Translations under genes and position numbers: made by a program
The notes under the pieces: generated by a model
Told to the model about the DNA's origin: nothing
The model's input: only the letters and a program-made list of their open reading frames with translations
The model's database searches: none
Assembly (NCBI GenBank): GCA_001771365.1
Contig: METP01000033.1
Location: forward strand, 11,325 to 75,324
Source: a candidate division WOR-1 bacterium RIFCSPLOWO2_02_FULL_46_20
GTDB taxonomy: Bacteria > Margulisbacteria > WOR-1 > O2-12-FULL-45-9
Direction: 5' to 3'
DNA: 64,000 nucleotides
In this document: positions 50,274 through 59,755 of the stretch, one piece after another
Numbering within the stretch: position 1 is the first letter of the stretch
How the letters are laid out: each line of letters opens with the position of its first letter

Positions 50274-52361
50274 ATGGCGATGCTTGGATTAGACATGAAG
50301 TCAATAAGAAGTCTTTTTTCTGCCAGTGATTTCTTCGTGGCCATGATACTGGTAGTCATCATTTCGCTGATGCTTATTCCCCTCCCCCCCTTCTTTTTGG
50401 ATTTATTATTAACGCTTAATATTGGTTTTTCGCTCGTCATCCTCCTGGTCGCCATGTATCTAAGAGAGCCTCTCGAGTTTGCCGCTTTTCCATCGGTTCT
50501 CCTGATCATCACGGTCTTGCGCTTGGCCTTAAACATTGCCTCTTCAAGGTTGATTTTGACGGAAGCCTACGCGGGAGAAGTGATCAGCGCTTTTGGCAAC
50601 TTTGTGGTGGGCGGCAATTACATTGTCGGCGCTATCATCTTTTCTATTATCACCATTGTAAACTTCGTGGTTATTACCAAAGGTTCAGAGCGAGTCGCCG
50701 AAGTTGCCGCGCGTTTTACCCTGGACGCTATGCCCGGCAAACAGATGTCTATTGACGCGGATCTTAATGCCGGTTTAGTTGACGCGACCGAAGCTCGCAA
50801 CCGCCGCAGAAAAATAGAACGCGAGGCTACCTTCTTCGGTTCTATGGACGGCGCCAATAAGTTCGTCCGTGGAGATTCTATCGCCGGCATTATTATCGTT
50901 ATTGTAAACGTCTTGGGCGGCATACTGATTGGTTGGCTGCAGGGCGGCATGGGCGTTATGGAAGCCCTGGCTCTTTACGCGCTGCTGACGATTGGCGCCG
51001 GTCTAATAGCCCAAGTTACCGCGCTTCTGGTTTCTATTGCCGCCGGCCTGGTTATTACCAAATCAGCCTCGGAAATGAGCTTGGGCACGGACGTCGCCAA
51101 TCAAATTTTTGCCCAGCCGCGCGCCTTCGCTTTTGTCTGCATCATTCTTGGGGTCTTTGCCCTGGTTCCCGGCATTCCAACCATCCCCTTTTTAACCCTG
51201 GCGTTTGGTTCCGGCATTTTAGCTTTGGTGCTTATGCGCAACCAGGATATGAGCAACGAATCTAAAGTGGTGAGCGAAGAAGTTTCGGCCAAGGACGTCT
51301 TAAAAAAACCGGAGAGTATCCTTGGCACCTTGGGGCTGGATCCCCTTTCCTTAAAGGCCGGCAGAAACATTATCCCATTAATTGACCCCGGACAAAAAGG
51401 CCCATTACTGGAACGCATCACTTTGATCCGCTACAACATTGGCCAGGAGCTGGGCTTTGTCATTCCCGGAGTCAGGGTCATGGATGATCTTAGCCTGCCG
51501 CCGGACCAGTATGTCGTCGAAATACGCGGCACCAAAGTTTCCACCGGCGAGATTAAGATGGGGCATCATTTAGTCGATCTCCCCCTGGCCCAGGTAAGAG
51601 CAAAAAAATTAAGAGGCATTGGCGCCAAAGATGCCACGTCTAACGACCCGATTACCTGGGTGCCGGACGATAATCTTCCGCAGCTGCAAAAACTCGGCAT
51701 GGCAGCCAAGCCGGTGGTAGACGTAATCGCCGAACACTTTGCCGAAGTCATCAAACGCCATGCCGATGAAATTATGACCAGACAAAACGTTCAGTCCCTG
51801 ATCGAATTAGTAAAAAACACCAACGCGGCTATCGTCCGGGAACTGATCCCCGACCTGCTCTCTCTGGGCCAGGTGCATAAAGTCTTGCAGCTCCTGGTAA
51901 GAGAGAGAGTTTCTATCCGCGATCTTTCAACCATTTTGGAGAGATTGGCAGATTACGCGCATCTCTCCCGTGATATAAATATCCTGGCGGAATATGTCAG
52001 GCAATCTCTGGCCAGACAAATCTGTGAAAAATACACGAACAAAGACAGTGTCATAACCGTTGTCACCATTGATCCCGCGCTTGAAGAAACCATGATCGGA
52101 GCTATTCATCAATCCGAGTATGGTTCGTTTTTAGCGCTCGATCCAAATGTCGGCGAAAAAGTCCTGGTGCAGATTTCCGGACATCTGCGCAACTTTAAAC
52201 GGATGAAGCTTGGTCCGGTTATCTTGTGTTCTCCAAGGCTGCGGCCGCATTTTAAACGTTTTATCGAGCGCAGTTTTCCCGATGTGGCGGTACTTTCTTA
52301 TAACGAAATAGTCCCGCAGGTTAAGGTACAAAGTATCGGAATGATCTCGATTGAGCAATGA
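50274..52361 (+). CDS. flhA: Flagellar export apparatus protein FlhA
   Basis: 695 aa. The block FPSVLLIITVLRLALNIASSRLIL is present, with the FHIPxG-like region nearby. Confidence 0.9.
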   Translation: MAMLGLDMKSIRSLFSASDFFVAMILVVIISLMLIPLPPFFLDLLLTLNIGFSLVILLVAMYLREPLEFAAFPSVLLIITVLRLALNIASSRLILTEAYAGEVISAFGNFVVGGNYIVGAIIFSIITIVNFVVITKGSERVAEVAARFTLDAMPGKQMSIDADLNAGLVDATEARNRRRKIEREATFFGSMDGANKFVRGDSIAGIIIVIVNVLGGILIGWLQGGMGVMEALALYALLTIGAGLIAQVTALLVSIAAGLVITKSASEMSLGTDVANQIFAQPRAFAFVCIILGVFALVPGIPTIPFLTLAFGSGILALVLMRNQDMSNESKVVSEEVSAKDVLKKPESILGTLGLDPLSLKAGRNIIPLIDPGQKGPLLERITLIRYNIGQELGFVIPGVRVMDDLSLPPDQYVVEIRGTKVSTGEIKMGHHLVDLPLAQVRAKKLRGIGAKDATSNDPITWVPDDNLPQLQKLGMAAKPVVDVIAEHFAEVIKRHADEIMTRQNVQSLIELVKNTNAAIVRELIPDLLSLGQVHKVLQLLVRERVSIRDLSTILERLADYAHLSRDINILAEYVRQSLARQICEKYTNKDSVITVVTIDPALEETMIGAIHQSEYGSFLALDPNVGEKVLVQISGHLRNFKRMKLGPVILCSPRLRPHFKRFIERSFPDVAVLSYNEIVPQVKVQSIGMISIEQ

Positions 52362-52367
52362 TTTTGG

Positions 52368-52397
52368 TTGACAGATTCAGCAAATACATGCTATTAT
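52368..52397 (+). promoter_or_regulatory. sigma70-like promoter TTGACA-18-TGcTATTAT upstream of the SLH protein gene
   Basis: Read directly from the sequence. The gene ATG lies at 52425. Confidence 0.45.
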
Positions 52398-52424
52398 TTT
52401 CCTTCTATAGTTAGCGGGCAAATA

Positions 52425-54329
52425 ATGAAAAAAATCTCTCTTGTTTGTTTGGTTGTCCTCTTAGCCGCCGGGGCCGTCCTGGCGCAAGCCGCGCCCGATC
52501 CTATTCGTTTGGCTACCGGTGCCCGTATCCTGGGTATGGGTAAGGCTTTCGCCGGTCTCTCAGATGATATCAGCTCATTTTTTATTAACCCGGCCGGACT
52601 GGCTAACCCTCTACGCTGGCAGGTCACCTCCATGTCGGGCAAACTGCTGGAAGAATTTAATTATTTATCATTTTCAGGCCTCTACCCCACTGAACTGGGT
52701 AATTTTGGCCTGGCTTATGCCGGTTCGTCTATTGGCGGAGCTTTTGCCACAACCATTGAGGCAGGTTCCGATCCGGATGATCCTATCTACGTTATTGACT
52801 ATAGCCAGGATCCCATGAGTTACTACAATAACCTGCTCCTGCTTTCGTACGCTTTAAAACTGGAACAAATATCCGAGTTCCCTTTACTTTCCGACGCGAC
52901 CAAGCGCTTCCCCCTGCTCAAAGATATAAATGTCGGGGCTAACTTAAAATTCTTTTCCGTCAACCTTACGGGTGACGGCATCACCCAGGGCAACGCCAGC
53001 GGCAACGAATTGGACTTAGGCATACAAGGCCCAACTTCTTATCCCTGGTTAACCTGGGGAGCCACTATTCAAAACGCGTTAACGACCGCTATGGGGGGTA
53101 AGCTTGTTTACCAATCAGGCTGGGAAGAGCACTACCCTGCCCTTTTAAAAGTTGGCCTCGCCACCAATATAATCGGACGCAAAAACGCGCTCTACGGCTT
53201 TGAACCGCATACCTTAAAATTCTTAATTGACCTGGATTACGAGCTGTCTCGCAGCACCCTGCCTCCTATATACCATTTGGGACTTGAATGGGAGCCAATG
53301 GAGCTGGTGGCTATCCGTGTCGGCATTGACCAGGAGATGGTAACCGCAAGCAACATAGCCAACAACCTGACAACGGGAGTCGGGCTAACTTCCGGCGATT
53401 TTCGTTTTGATTACGCTTACCATCAATTTTACGGCGCGCCGGGCGTTGACAACCATTTCTTTTCCCTGTCCTACGGCATCAGCCCCGCCGAGAGGGTAAA
53501 AGATCATTTGATAAGCGCTCCCGACAAACTCACGACCACCCTGGCCGCGGTTGATGTTGAAGGAGCGGCCGTAGATCCTCGCATTACCGACGTAAGAATA
53601 AATAAAATAAAAGTAGCGCTCTCCGCCCGGGCGGAGTTTAAAACCCAGACCTCTCTTAACGTCGGCAAAAATGTTTTTGTGGTTGAAGGTTATGATAACA
53701 AGGGCAAGTTGATAGAGGCGGACAAACTACGCATGTTAAGGCTTATAAATTATCCGGACGTTCCGTCAGACTATTGGGCAGCCGAACAGATCGGTTATAT
53801 CGGCACATTAGGGATTATTAAAGGGTACCCGGACGGCTCCTTTAAACCCAAGGGAAATATAACCCGCGCCGAGCTCTCGGCTCTGCTTATCAGAACACAA
53901 GTGGGCGGCGATGACAAGGTCCCCTCTGACGTGGAGAGCTCTGGATTTAAAGATATACCTTCTTCCCACTTTTGGGCCGCCAAATATATTGATTTAGCCG
54001 CCAAAAGTAAAATTGTTACCGGTTATCCGGATGGGACATTCCGTCCATCGGCCAATATTACCCGGGCGGAAGGCCTGACCATGATTGCCCGTTTTGGCCA
54101 GGTTGAGAAAGCAACCTACAGCGGTGAATTTACGGATATACCTTTTGAACATTGGGCCGCCCCTATTATCGCCGGAGCCAACAATGAGGGGATGCTTGTT
54201 TACTTGAAAGGCGAGCTATTTGAGCCTAATCGCTTGTTAACGCGCGCGGAAGCGGTAGAAATGCTCTATCGCAGCCAGCCAGTTATGGAACTTATTGGCG
54301 GTCTGGCAAATTTTGAATCGGGTTACTAA
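52425..54329 (+). CDS. Outer-membrane beta-barrel-like protein (FadL/PorP-type …NPAGL N-terminal motif) with three C-terminal SLH domains
   Basis: The signal peptide is MKKISLVCLVVLLAAGAVLAQA. The N-terminal motif is ARILGMGKAFAGLSDDISSFFINPAGLA. Three SLH repeats are present (YPDVPSDYWAAEQIGY…, FKDIPSSHFWAAKYIDL…, FTDIPFEHWAAPII…). Confidence 0.6.
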   Translation: MKKISLVCLVVLLAAGAVLAQAAPDPIRLATGARILGMGKAFAGLSDDISSFFINPAGLANPLRWQVTSMSGKLLEEFNYLSFSGLYPTELGNFGLAYAGSSIGGAFATTIEAGSDPDDPIYVIDYSQDPMSYYNNLLLLSYALKLEQISEFPLLSDATKRFPLLKDINVGANLKFFSVNLTGDGITQGNASGNELDLGIQGPTSYPWLTWGATIQNALTTAMGGKLVYQSGWEEHYPALLKVGLATNIIGRKNALYGFEPHTLKFLIDLDYELSRSTLPPIYHLGLEWEPMELVAIRVGIDQEMVTASNIANNLTTGVGLTSGDFRFDYAYHQFYGAPGVDNHFFSLSYGISPAERVKDHLISAPDKLTTTLAAVDVEGAAVDPRITDVRINKIKVALSARAEFKTQTSLNVGKNVFVVEGYDNKGKLIEADKLRMLRLINYPDVPSDYWAAEQIGYIGTLGIIKGYPDGSFKPKGNITRAELSALLIRTQVGGDDKVPSDVESSGFKDIPSSHFWAAKYIDLAAKSKIVTGYPDGTFRPSANITRAEGLTMIARFGQVEKATYSGEFTDIPFEHWAAPIIAGANNEGMLVYLKGELFEPNRLLTRAEAVEMLYRSQPVMELIGGLANFESGY

Positions 54330-54342
54330 GGAGGAGACATAG

Positions 54343-56382
54343 ATGCGTCGTTTTTTATTAACAGGAATTTTTATAACCGTTCTTCTATTGCCATCAATCG
54401 GTTACGCCACCACGGTAACCTGGAAAGCCCAAACCACTCCCACTGCCGCGGAATTATTTGCAGTTTACGCAATTAATGGCTCCAAGGCTCTCGCTGTCGG
54501 CAATAATACCCTGGCCAAAACAATCAACAGAGTTACCTGGACAGACACCAGCCCCTCCTCCATCTATACCTACAATTCCGCTTTCGTCGTTTCGTCGGAT
54601 GCCTATGTGGTCGGCACTGATGCCAGCAACGGCGTAATTATATATTCGACAAATGAAGGGAACAGCTGGTCTGGCGCCAGTGCGGTTGTCGGTTCCGCTT
54701 CTTTTACCGATCTCTTTTTTATTGGCACTTACGGTTGGGTTATCAACACCTCTTCTCCCCGCGTTTATAAAACCGTTGATAGCGGGGACAATTGGTTAGC
54801 CGCCGCGACCGGCCTGGCCAATATACCCTACAATGCCGTTTACTTTACCAGTACCAGTGAAGGCTGGGTCGCCGGCAACGGTGGAAATATTTACAAAACC
54901 ACTAACGGCGGCGGCAGTTGGACGGTCCAAACGAGCGGCACAGCCAACAACTTAAACGACATCTTTTTTATGGATGCCAACACCGGTTGGGCGGTTGGCG
55001 ATACCGGCACAATTTTAAAAACTACCGATGGCGGAACAACCTGGGCCACCCAAACCAGTGGAACAGTTAATAATTTAAACTCTGTTTCTTTTGGCACAGC
55101 CAGTGTTGGCTGGACCGTTGGCGACAGCGGCACGATTATTAAAAGTTCTGACGGCGGCAGCAGTTGGGCTGCCCAGGCCAGCGGCACGGTTGCCAATCTC
55201 AACGGTGTCAGCTTTATCGACGCTTACAATGGCTGGACTGTGGGAAACAATGTTATTTTGAGGCATTATACGGCCACCATAAGTTCTGTTACCCGCACCC
55301 ACCCTGCTGCCGGCGAGGTAACCTGGGAATCACAGGGAGCGCTAAGAGCTATAACAATTAACGGGGCCAATTTCCAGACAGGCGCCGCGGTAACCTTTGA
55401 AGGCTCAACCATCAGCACTCTTTATGCTTCGGTCGAAAGCTCGGCTAAGATAACCGCCACCATCTGGGTCCCACTCGCAGAAACAGTTGGTTTAAAAAAC
55501 TTAAAAATGACCAACACCGATACCAGCACCGATACTTTGAGTAATGGTTTCGAAATCCGCGCGGCGGGAACCAGCCCAACTTTTACCACCTGGGAAGTCG
55601 GCTATACATCCTCGGATGCTTCGGTCGCGATTTATGACCTGCCTACCAGAATAACCGTTGAGGTCGAGGACACCGGTGGTTTAACCAGAGGCAGCATAAA
55701 GTTTGTCGCTTATCTTTCCAGCGCGGGCAGTTATGCTCCTGAATATTATTATCTCTTTTCCGGTGACACGATCGGCTTTGAAACACTGGCGACGAACGGA
55801 GCCACCATAACAAAAGCCCGGGCGACGGCGACCCTGCGCTACTTTTACAAAAGCGGTGAAAGCACTGGAACCAAGTATTATATCCAAGATCTCATAAATG
55901 GAAAGGCAAAGGCCAGACCATTATATTTCTACGTTGAAAATTCAGCCACCTACCCAAGCTACCTGCTTTATGATAGTGAGGTTTACTACGACAGTACAAA
56001 AATTCCACCGGGGGCAACTGTCGTGTCTACGCCGCTACTGCCGGAGGCGGCCGTTTCTAACGTTATTAGCACAGCCAACCCCGCGTTTACTTTGCAGATT
56101 GAAGTCGACGCGGCAACGGCTGCCAGCGTTACAACCGATGGCGCGATTTTATTGTTCAGCGGCGCTAATGGCATAGTAGCCAATCACAATGTCGTTTTTA
56201 GGCGGGTCAATTCAGGCTTAACAGCCTCGGGCATTCGCGCCTCAGCGGCCGGCAATGAAATTGTTAAAGTCACAACCACCATAGGCAACGTGGCTTCCGG
56301 CATATATAAAGTTAATCTTATGACAGCCGACAGGAAAACAAGGTTCGGAACAGGCAAGGTTGTCGTTCAACCCTGGCGTTAA
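54343..56382 (+). CDS. Secreted BNR/Ycf48-like beta-propeller protein with C-terminal Ig-like regions
   Basis: A signal peptide is present. The protein carries repeated x-D-G-G-x-(S/T)-W blades (TNEGNSWS, VDSGDNWL, TNGGGSWT, TDGGTTWA, SDGGSSWA). Confidence 0.6.
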   Translation: MRRFLLTGIFITVLLLPSIGYATTVTWKAQTTPTAAELFAVYAINGSKALAVGNNTLAKTINRVTWTDTSPSSIYTYNSAFVVSSDAYVVGTDASNGVIIYSTNEGNSWSGASAVVGSASFTDLFFIGTYGWVINTSSPRVYKTVDSGDNWLAAATGLANIPYNAVYFTSTSEGWVAGNGGNIYKTTNGGGSWTVQTSGTANNLNDIFFMDANTGWAVGDTGTILKTTDGGTTWATQTSGTVNNLNSVSFGTASVGWTVGDSGTIIKSSDGGSSWAAQASGTVANLNGVSFIDAYNGWTVGNNVILRHYTATISSVTRTHPAAGEVTWESQGALRAITINGANFQTGAAVTFEGSTISTLYASVESSAKITATIWVPLAETVGLKNLKMTNTDTSTDTLSNGFEIRAAGTSPTFTTWEVGYTSSDASVAIYDLPTRITVEVEDTGGLTRGSIKFVAYLSSAGSYAPEYYYLFSGDTIGFETLATNGATITKARATATLRYFYKSGESTGTKYYIQDLINGKAKARPLYFYVENSATYPSYLLYDSEVYYDSTKIPPGATVVSTPLLPEAAVSNVISTANPAFTLQIEVDAATAASVTTDGAILLFSGANGIVANHNVVFRRVNSGLTASGIRASAAGNEIVKVTTTIGNVASGIYKVNLMTADRKTRFGTGKVVVQPWR

Positions 56383-57518
56383 GGCAGGCAGGTAAATTTC
56401 CCTTTCCCCAGCAACTTGTTATTCTCACGATTGATGATGGTAAATATATAGATGCCCGAACTGACCGGTGAGCCCTGCTCCGTCGTAAGATTCCAGCTAA
56501 CCTTATTAACTCCGGCCGAACCACCCTCGTCACGCCTGGCAATTTGGTATCTCTTAACGATTCGGCCTGAAACGTCAATGAGTACCATCTCAATATCCAT
56601 ATCACGATTTAAGGTATATTGGAAGGTAACAGAACTGGTGGTCTTAAGATGCAAGGGGCTCGGATAAGTTATCGGCACACCCAGGAGTCTGCCTTCTCCA
56701 CCGGCCACGGTTACGGTACAAGTTTCTATTGTTGTCCCAAAAATATTAGAAGCCTTAAAAACCAGATCGTGCTTTCCGTCGGCCAGGGTCTCATCTTCCA
56801 CGTTAAAATCAAAAGTAAAATTCACCGCGGTTGGTACCCCGGAGGGCCCCGAAGACTTCGTAATGTGAGAGGCGCTGATTTTGAAGGTCTTGGCGTCAGC
56901 TTTCCCTTCATTTAAAACCATGGAAATGTGGCTTAGGCTCAAACCAAAAACGGAAGTCAACCTGGCATTAACCTCAGGCTGATCGGAGATAATAAACTCT
57001 TGTCCTTTGGCCACGAGTTCTCGCTGGTAAATGCGTTTGCCAAAACGTATTTCCTCAAACCCCGGGGCCAGGCCTTCAACTAGAGTGGGTTTTTCCGGCG
57101 GCTCCGCCACGCCGGCTCCCGCGGCCAGAACAAGGCTCTGGTCAACTATGTCATATCCTTGTCCGGTTAAGGTTACTTCTACCGGATTGGCTCCGTAACC
57201 ATCCGCGGCTTTAACGATCGCCACATAATATTTGCCTGGAGCGACTTCCAGGCGCCAGTCTTCAAAAGCATTGAGCATATAATTGTTGTCACGGCCCGAG
57301 AGCCCGGAAACCCCCACAAGCTCATCGGCATAGCCCTGAGATGGATCGGTTGCCGGATCTATTTTATAGAAAACAACCCGACGGCCATCGGTTCCCACCC
57401 CATCCGGATCGGAAACCGCGCCCGCGATCCAATACATGCCAAGGTAAAGCTGCTGCGTTTGAACAGCTACGCCGCAAACCAACAACAGGCCCAACAATAT
57501 TAGCGCTATTCTCTTCAT
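56379..57518 (-). CDS. Secreted protein with a C-terminal FlgD-Ig / T9SS-CTD-like beta-sandwich domain
   Basis: A signal peptide is present. The C-terminus …VTFQYTLNRDMDIEMVLIDVSGRIVKRYQI…NKVSWNLTTEQGSPVSSGIYIFTIINRENNKLLGKGKF resembles the Por-secretion C-terminal sorting domain. Confidence 0.45.
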   Translation of the reverse strand: MKRIALILLGLLLVCGVAVQTQQLYLGMYWIAGAVSDPDGVGTDGRRVVFYKIDPATDPSQGYADELVGVSGLSGRDNNYMLNAFEDWRLEVAPGKYYVAIVKAADGYGANPVEVTLTGQGYDIVDQSLVLAAGAGVAEPPEKPTLVEGLAPGFEEIRFGKRIYQRELVAKGQEFIISDQPEVNARLTSVFGLSLSHISMVLNEGKADAKTFKISASHITKSSGPSGVPTAVNFTFDFNVEDETLADGKHDLVFKASNIFGTTIETCTVTVAGGEGRLLGVPITYPSPLHLKTTSSVTFQYTLNRDMDIEMVLIDVSGRIVKRYQIARRDEGGSAGVNKVSWNLTTEQGSPVSSGIYIFTIINRENNKLLGKGKFTCLP

Positions 57519-59728
57519 TCAGCTACTGCCTCAGAAACCACAACCTCAACATTTTTCAGCACAGAAATTTGATATGCCCTACCCCGCACCAATAGTTCTT
57601 TATGGGGATCCGCGTCTATCCCTCCCCCTTCCGTCCCGGTAAACCCAGCCCCGGTCATATAATATCCTACAATTTGACTATGTGCCATCCAGCCGATTGC
57701 GGCTACCGTACCAGCACCTTCATAATCTATCGCATCTATAAAATCACCAATGGTGCTGACAGTTCTTGGCGCGCCACCAGCTACAACGACACTCACAGGC
57801 GGAACAGGCAATATGGTAAATGGATTAATACCCAACCCCCCCTCCACTTTCGTGAAGGAAAAAGTAATCGGTTGAACACCGCCACCCCGGACAATGGTCT
57901 CTCCGGCGGACGGCACTCCAGGACGCACCGCGGCAGTTACCGGGTCTGAAAAACGACGATCTCTTAAAACAGAATCGAGCATAGAGCTATCGGTTAAGCT
58001 GGTTCCGGCTGTAAGGAAAGGAACACCGGTTTTATTATAAGAAAAGGCCTTTATAAAATAGACGCTATTTAAATTAAGCGCGGTCCCAACCACATCCTGA
58101 CGCACAACCAAGGAATCTATCGCATCACTATCAGCCACTGCCAAAATTTTTATATTGCCAGCGGCCAGATTGGTGACCCAACTGTCGCGATTAGCGTCGG
58201 CATCAGGCGGCAAGCCAAGAGGAACTGAGCCACTGCCCCAGGTACTATACCAGTCCCATTTATTTTCAAGATCGGTCGTGTAGATAAAAGCTACTCCGCC
58301 ATAGGCACTGTCACCCACCGGCTTATCCCAAAATAGATAAAGGGAAGTTGTGCCATCGGCCTCAAAAGACGAGTACGCAAAGAAGTTCTTGACTGCTTGA
58401 GGGGCGACTCCAGGGATCCCAGACGCGTTGGCTGCGCTTGAATAATTTCGACCCTGTTGTCTGGGAGATCCGTCTACAGGATCATAAGCAAAAATTTGAT
58501 AATAGTACCTGGTGCCATTAACCAGGTGACTATCCTCAAGCTCCGCGCCCGTATCCGAATATGATGATCCATTACCATTGTAGATTACTTTTCCACCGTT
58601 AAGTGTGGCGCCAACCGCGTATATGTCTCCGTGTTCTTGACCATTACTATCGGAATCATTATCTCTCGCGCTCACCAGGGTCGGCGCGCCTGAAGGCGAA
58701 GTTAAATACCTAATAATTAAATAACCACCCACGTCACCACCTCCTCCACCAAAAGCCAACTGAAGCCTCTGGTTCCCGGCAGAAGCAGTAAGGGTAGGCG
58801 CAGAAGGCGGTGTATGGTCAGTGGGGATGTCAGATACAACAAGATTATTTTGTTCTTCATTACGTGTTGGGGTACAATCATCTTGCGCCCGAACAAGATA
58901 AAAATATTCCGTCCCATCATTCAGGCCACTATTAATATATGTAAAAGCATTATGTGTAGGAACCAAAGGGCTGGTCGCAGAAAATGGATTGGTCAACCCG
59001 CGATAGATATTAAACCTCAACCCTCCGCCGCTATGTGATCCGTCATGCCCCGCATAATATGTCGCCGCGCCCCCTGCCGTATCCAGATCATTCGCACTGC
59101 TACCGTTTGATGTCCAATTTAGATTCAAGGTATTTCCCGTCTGTTGATCAACCACGGTATTTATCCCGGCAAAAGTCGGCACACTTGAAGTTTTAATATG
59201 AATAGCATTTGCACCTGTGGGATCAATCCTTTGTCCGGTTACATCATTGCCGCTATCAACCACTCGAACATTATTTATCTGATCATTAACGGTAAACCTG
59301 ATAAAATAGGTTTCCGTGCCAGCCGCAGCAGTCTGTTTCACATGGAAATTTATTTGGATCAAATTGGCCGCGCTAGAGACAGCCAGAGGGCTTTGGCCGG
59401 CTTCGGGATTAGTTCTTAGTTGATAACGAACCAACCCCGGAGTAACCAGGTTACTCTCGCTGACTGTAAATTTCCCAGGATTGAGATTGGTAATGCTAAT
59501 AGAGTTTTGTTCAATAAAAGCGCTTTCATAATCGATATATAATTTTACCGCGTCAACATTAGCCGGAGCGGTGGTTGAAAATTTGACAATAATACTGGCG
59601 TTAGCCCCCACTTCAAGGTTGGGGCTGGAATATCCATCAACTTTTGGCGTTAAAAACTCCAGATCGGCAAGGGCCGATGAGCACAATATACCCCCCACAA
59701 AAATAAAAATCAATAATTTTCTCATCAC
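57515..59728 (-). CDS. Large secreted surface protein with fibronectin-III-like regions (737 aa)
   Basis: The signal peptide is MMRKLLIFIFVGGILCSSALA. An FN3-like block (…TEYFYLVRAQDDCT…PPSAPTL…) is present. Confidence 0.45.
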   Translation of the reverse strand: MMRKLLIFIFVGGILCSSALADLEFLTPKVDGYSSPNLEVGANASIIVKFSTTAPANVDAVKLYIDYESAFIEQNSISITNLNPGKFTVSESNLVTPGLVRYQLRTNPEAGQSPLAVSSAANLIQINFHVKQTAAAGTETYFIRFTVNDQINNVRVVDSGNDVTGQRIDPTGANAIHIKTSSVPTFAGINTVVDQQTGNTLNLNWTSNGSSANDLDTAGGAATYYAGHDGSHSGGGLRFNIYRGLTNPFSATSPLVPTHNAFTYINSGLNDGTEYFYLVRAQDDCTPTRNEEQNNLVVSDIPTDHTPPSAPTLTASAGNQRLQLAFGGGGGDVGGYLIIRYLTSPSGAPTLVSARDNDSDSNGQEHGDIYAVGATLNGGKVIYNGNGSSYSDTGAELEDSHLVNGTRYYYQIFAYDPVDGSPRQQGRNYSSAANASGIPGVAPQAVKNFFAYSSFEADGTTSLYLFWDKPVGDSAYGGVAFIYTTDLENKWDWYSTWGSGSVPLGLPPDADANRDSWVTNLAAGNIKILAVADSDAIDSLVVRQDVVGTALNLNSVYFIKAFSYNKTGVPFLTAGTSLTDSSMLDSVLRDRRFSDPVTAAVRPGVPSAGETIVRGGGVQPITFSFTKVEGGLGINPFTILPVPPVSVVVAGGAPRTVSTIGDFIDAIDYEGAGTVAAIGWMAHSQIVGYYMTGAGFTGTEGGGIDADPHKELLVRGRAYQISVLKNVEVVVSEAVAE

Positions 59729-59755
59729 AATTATTTTCCTCCTTTTTCTACGTAT

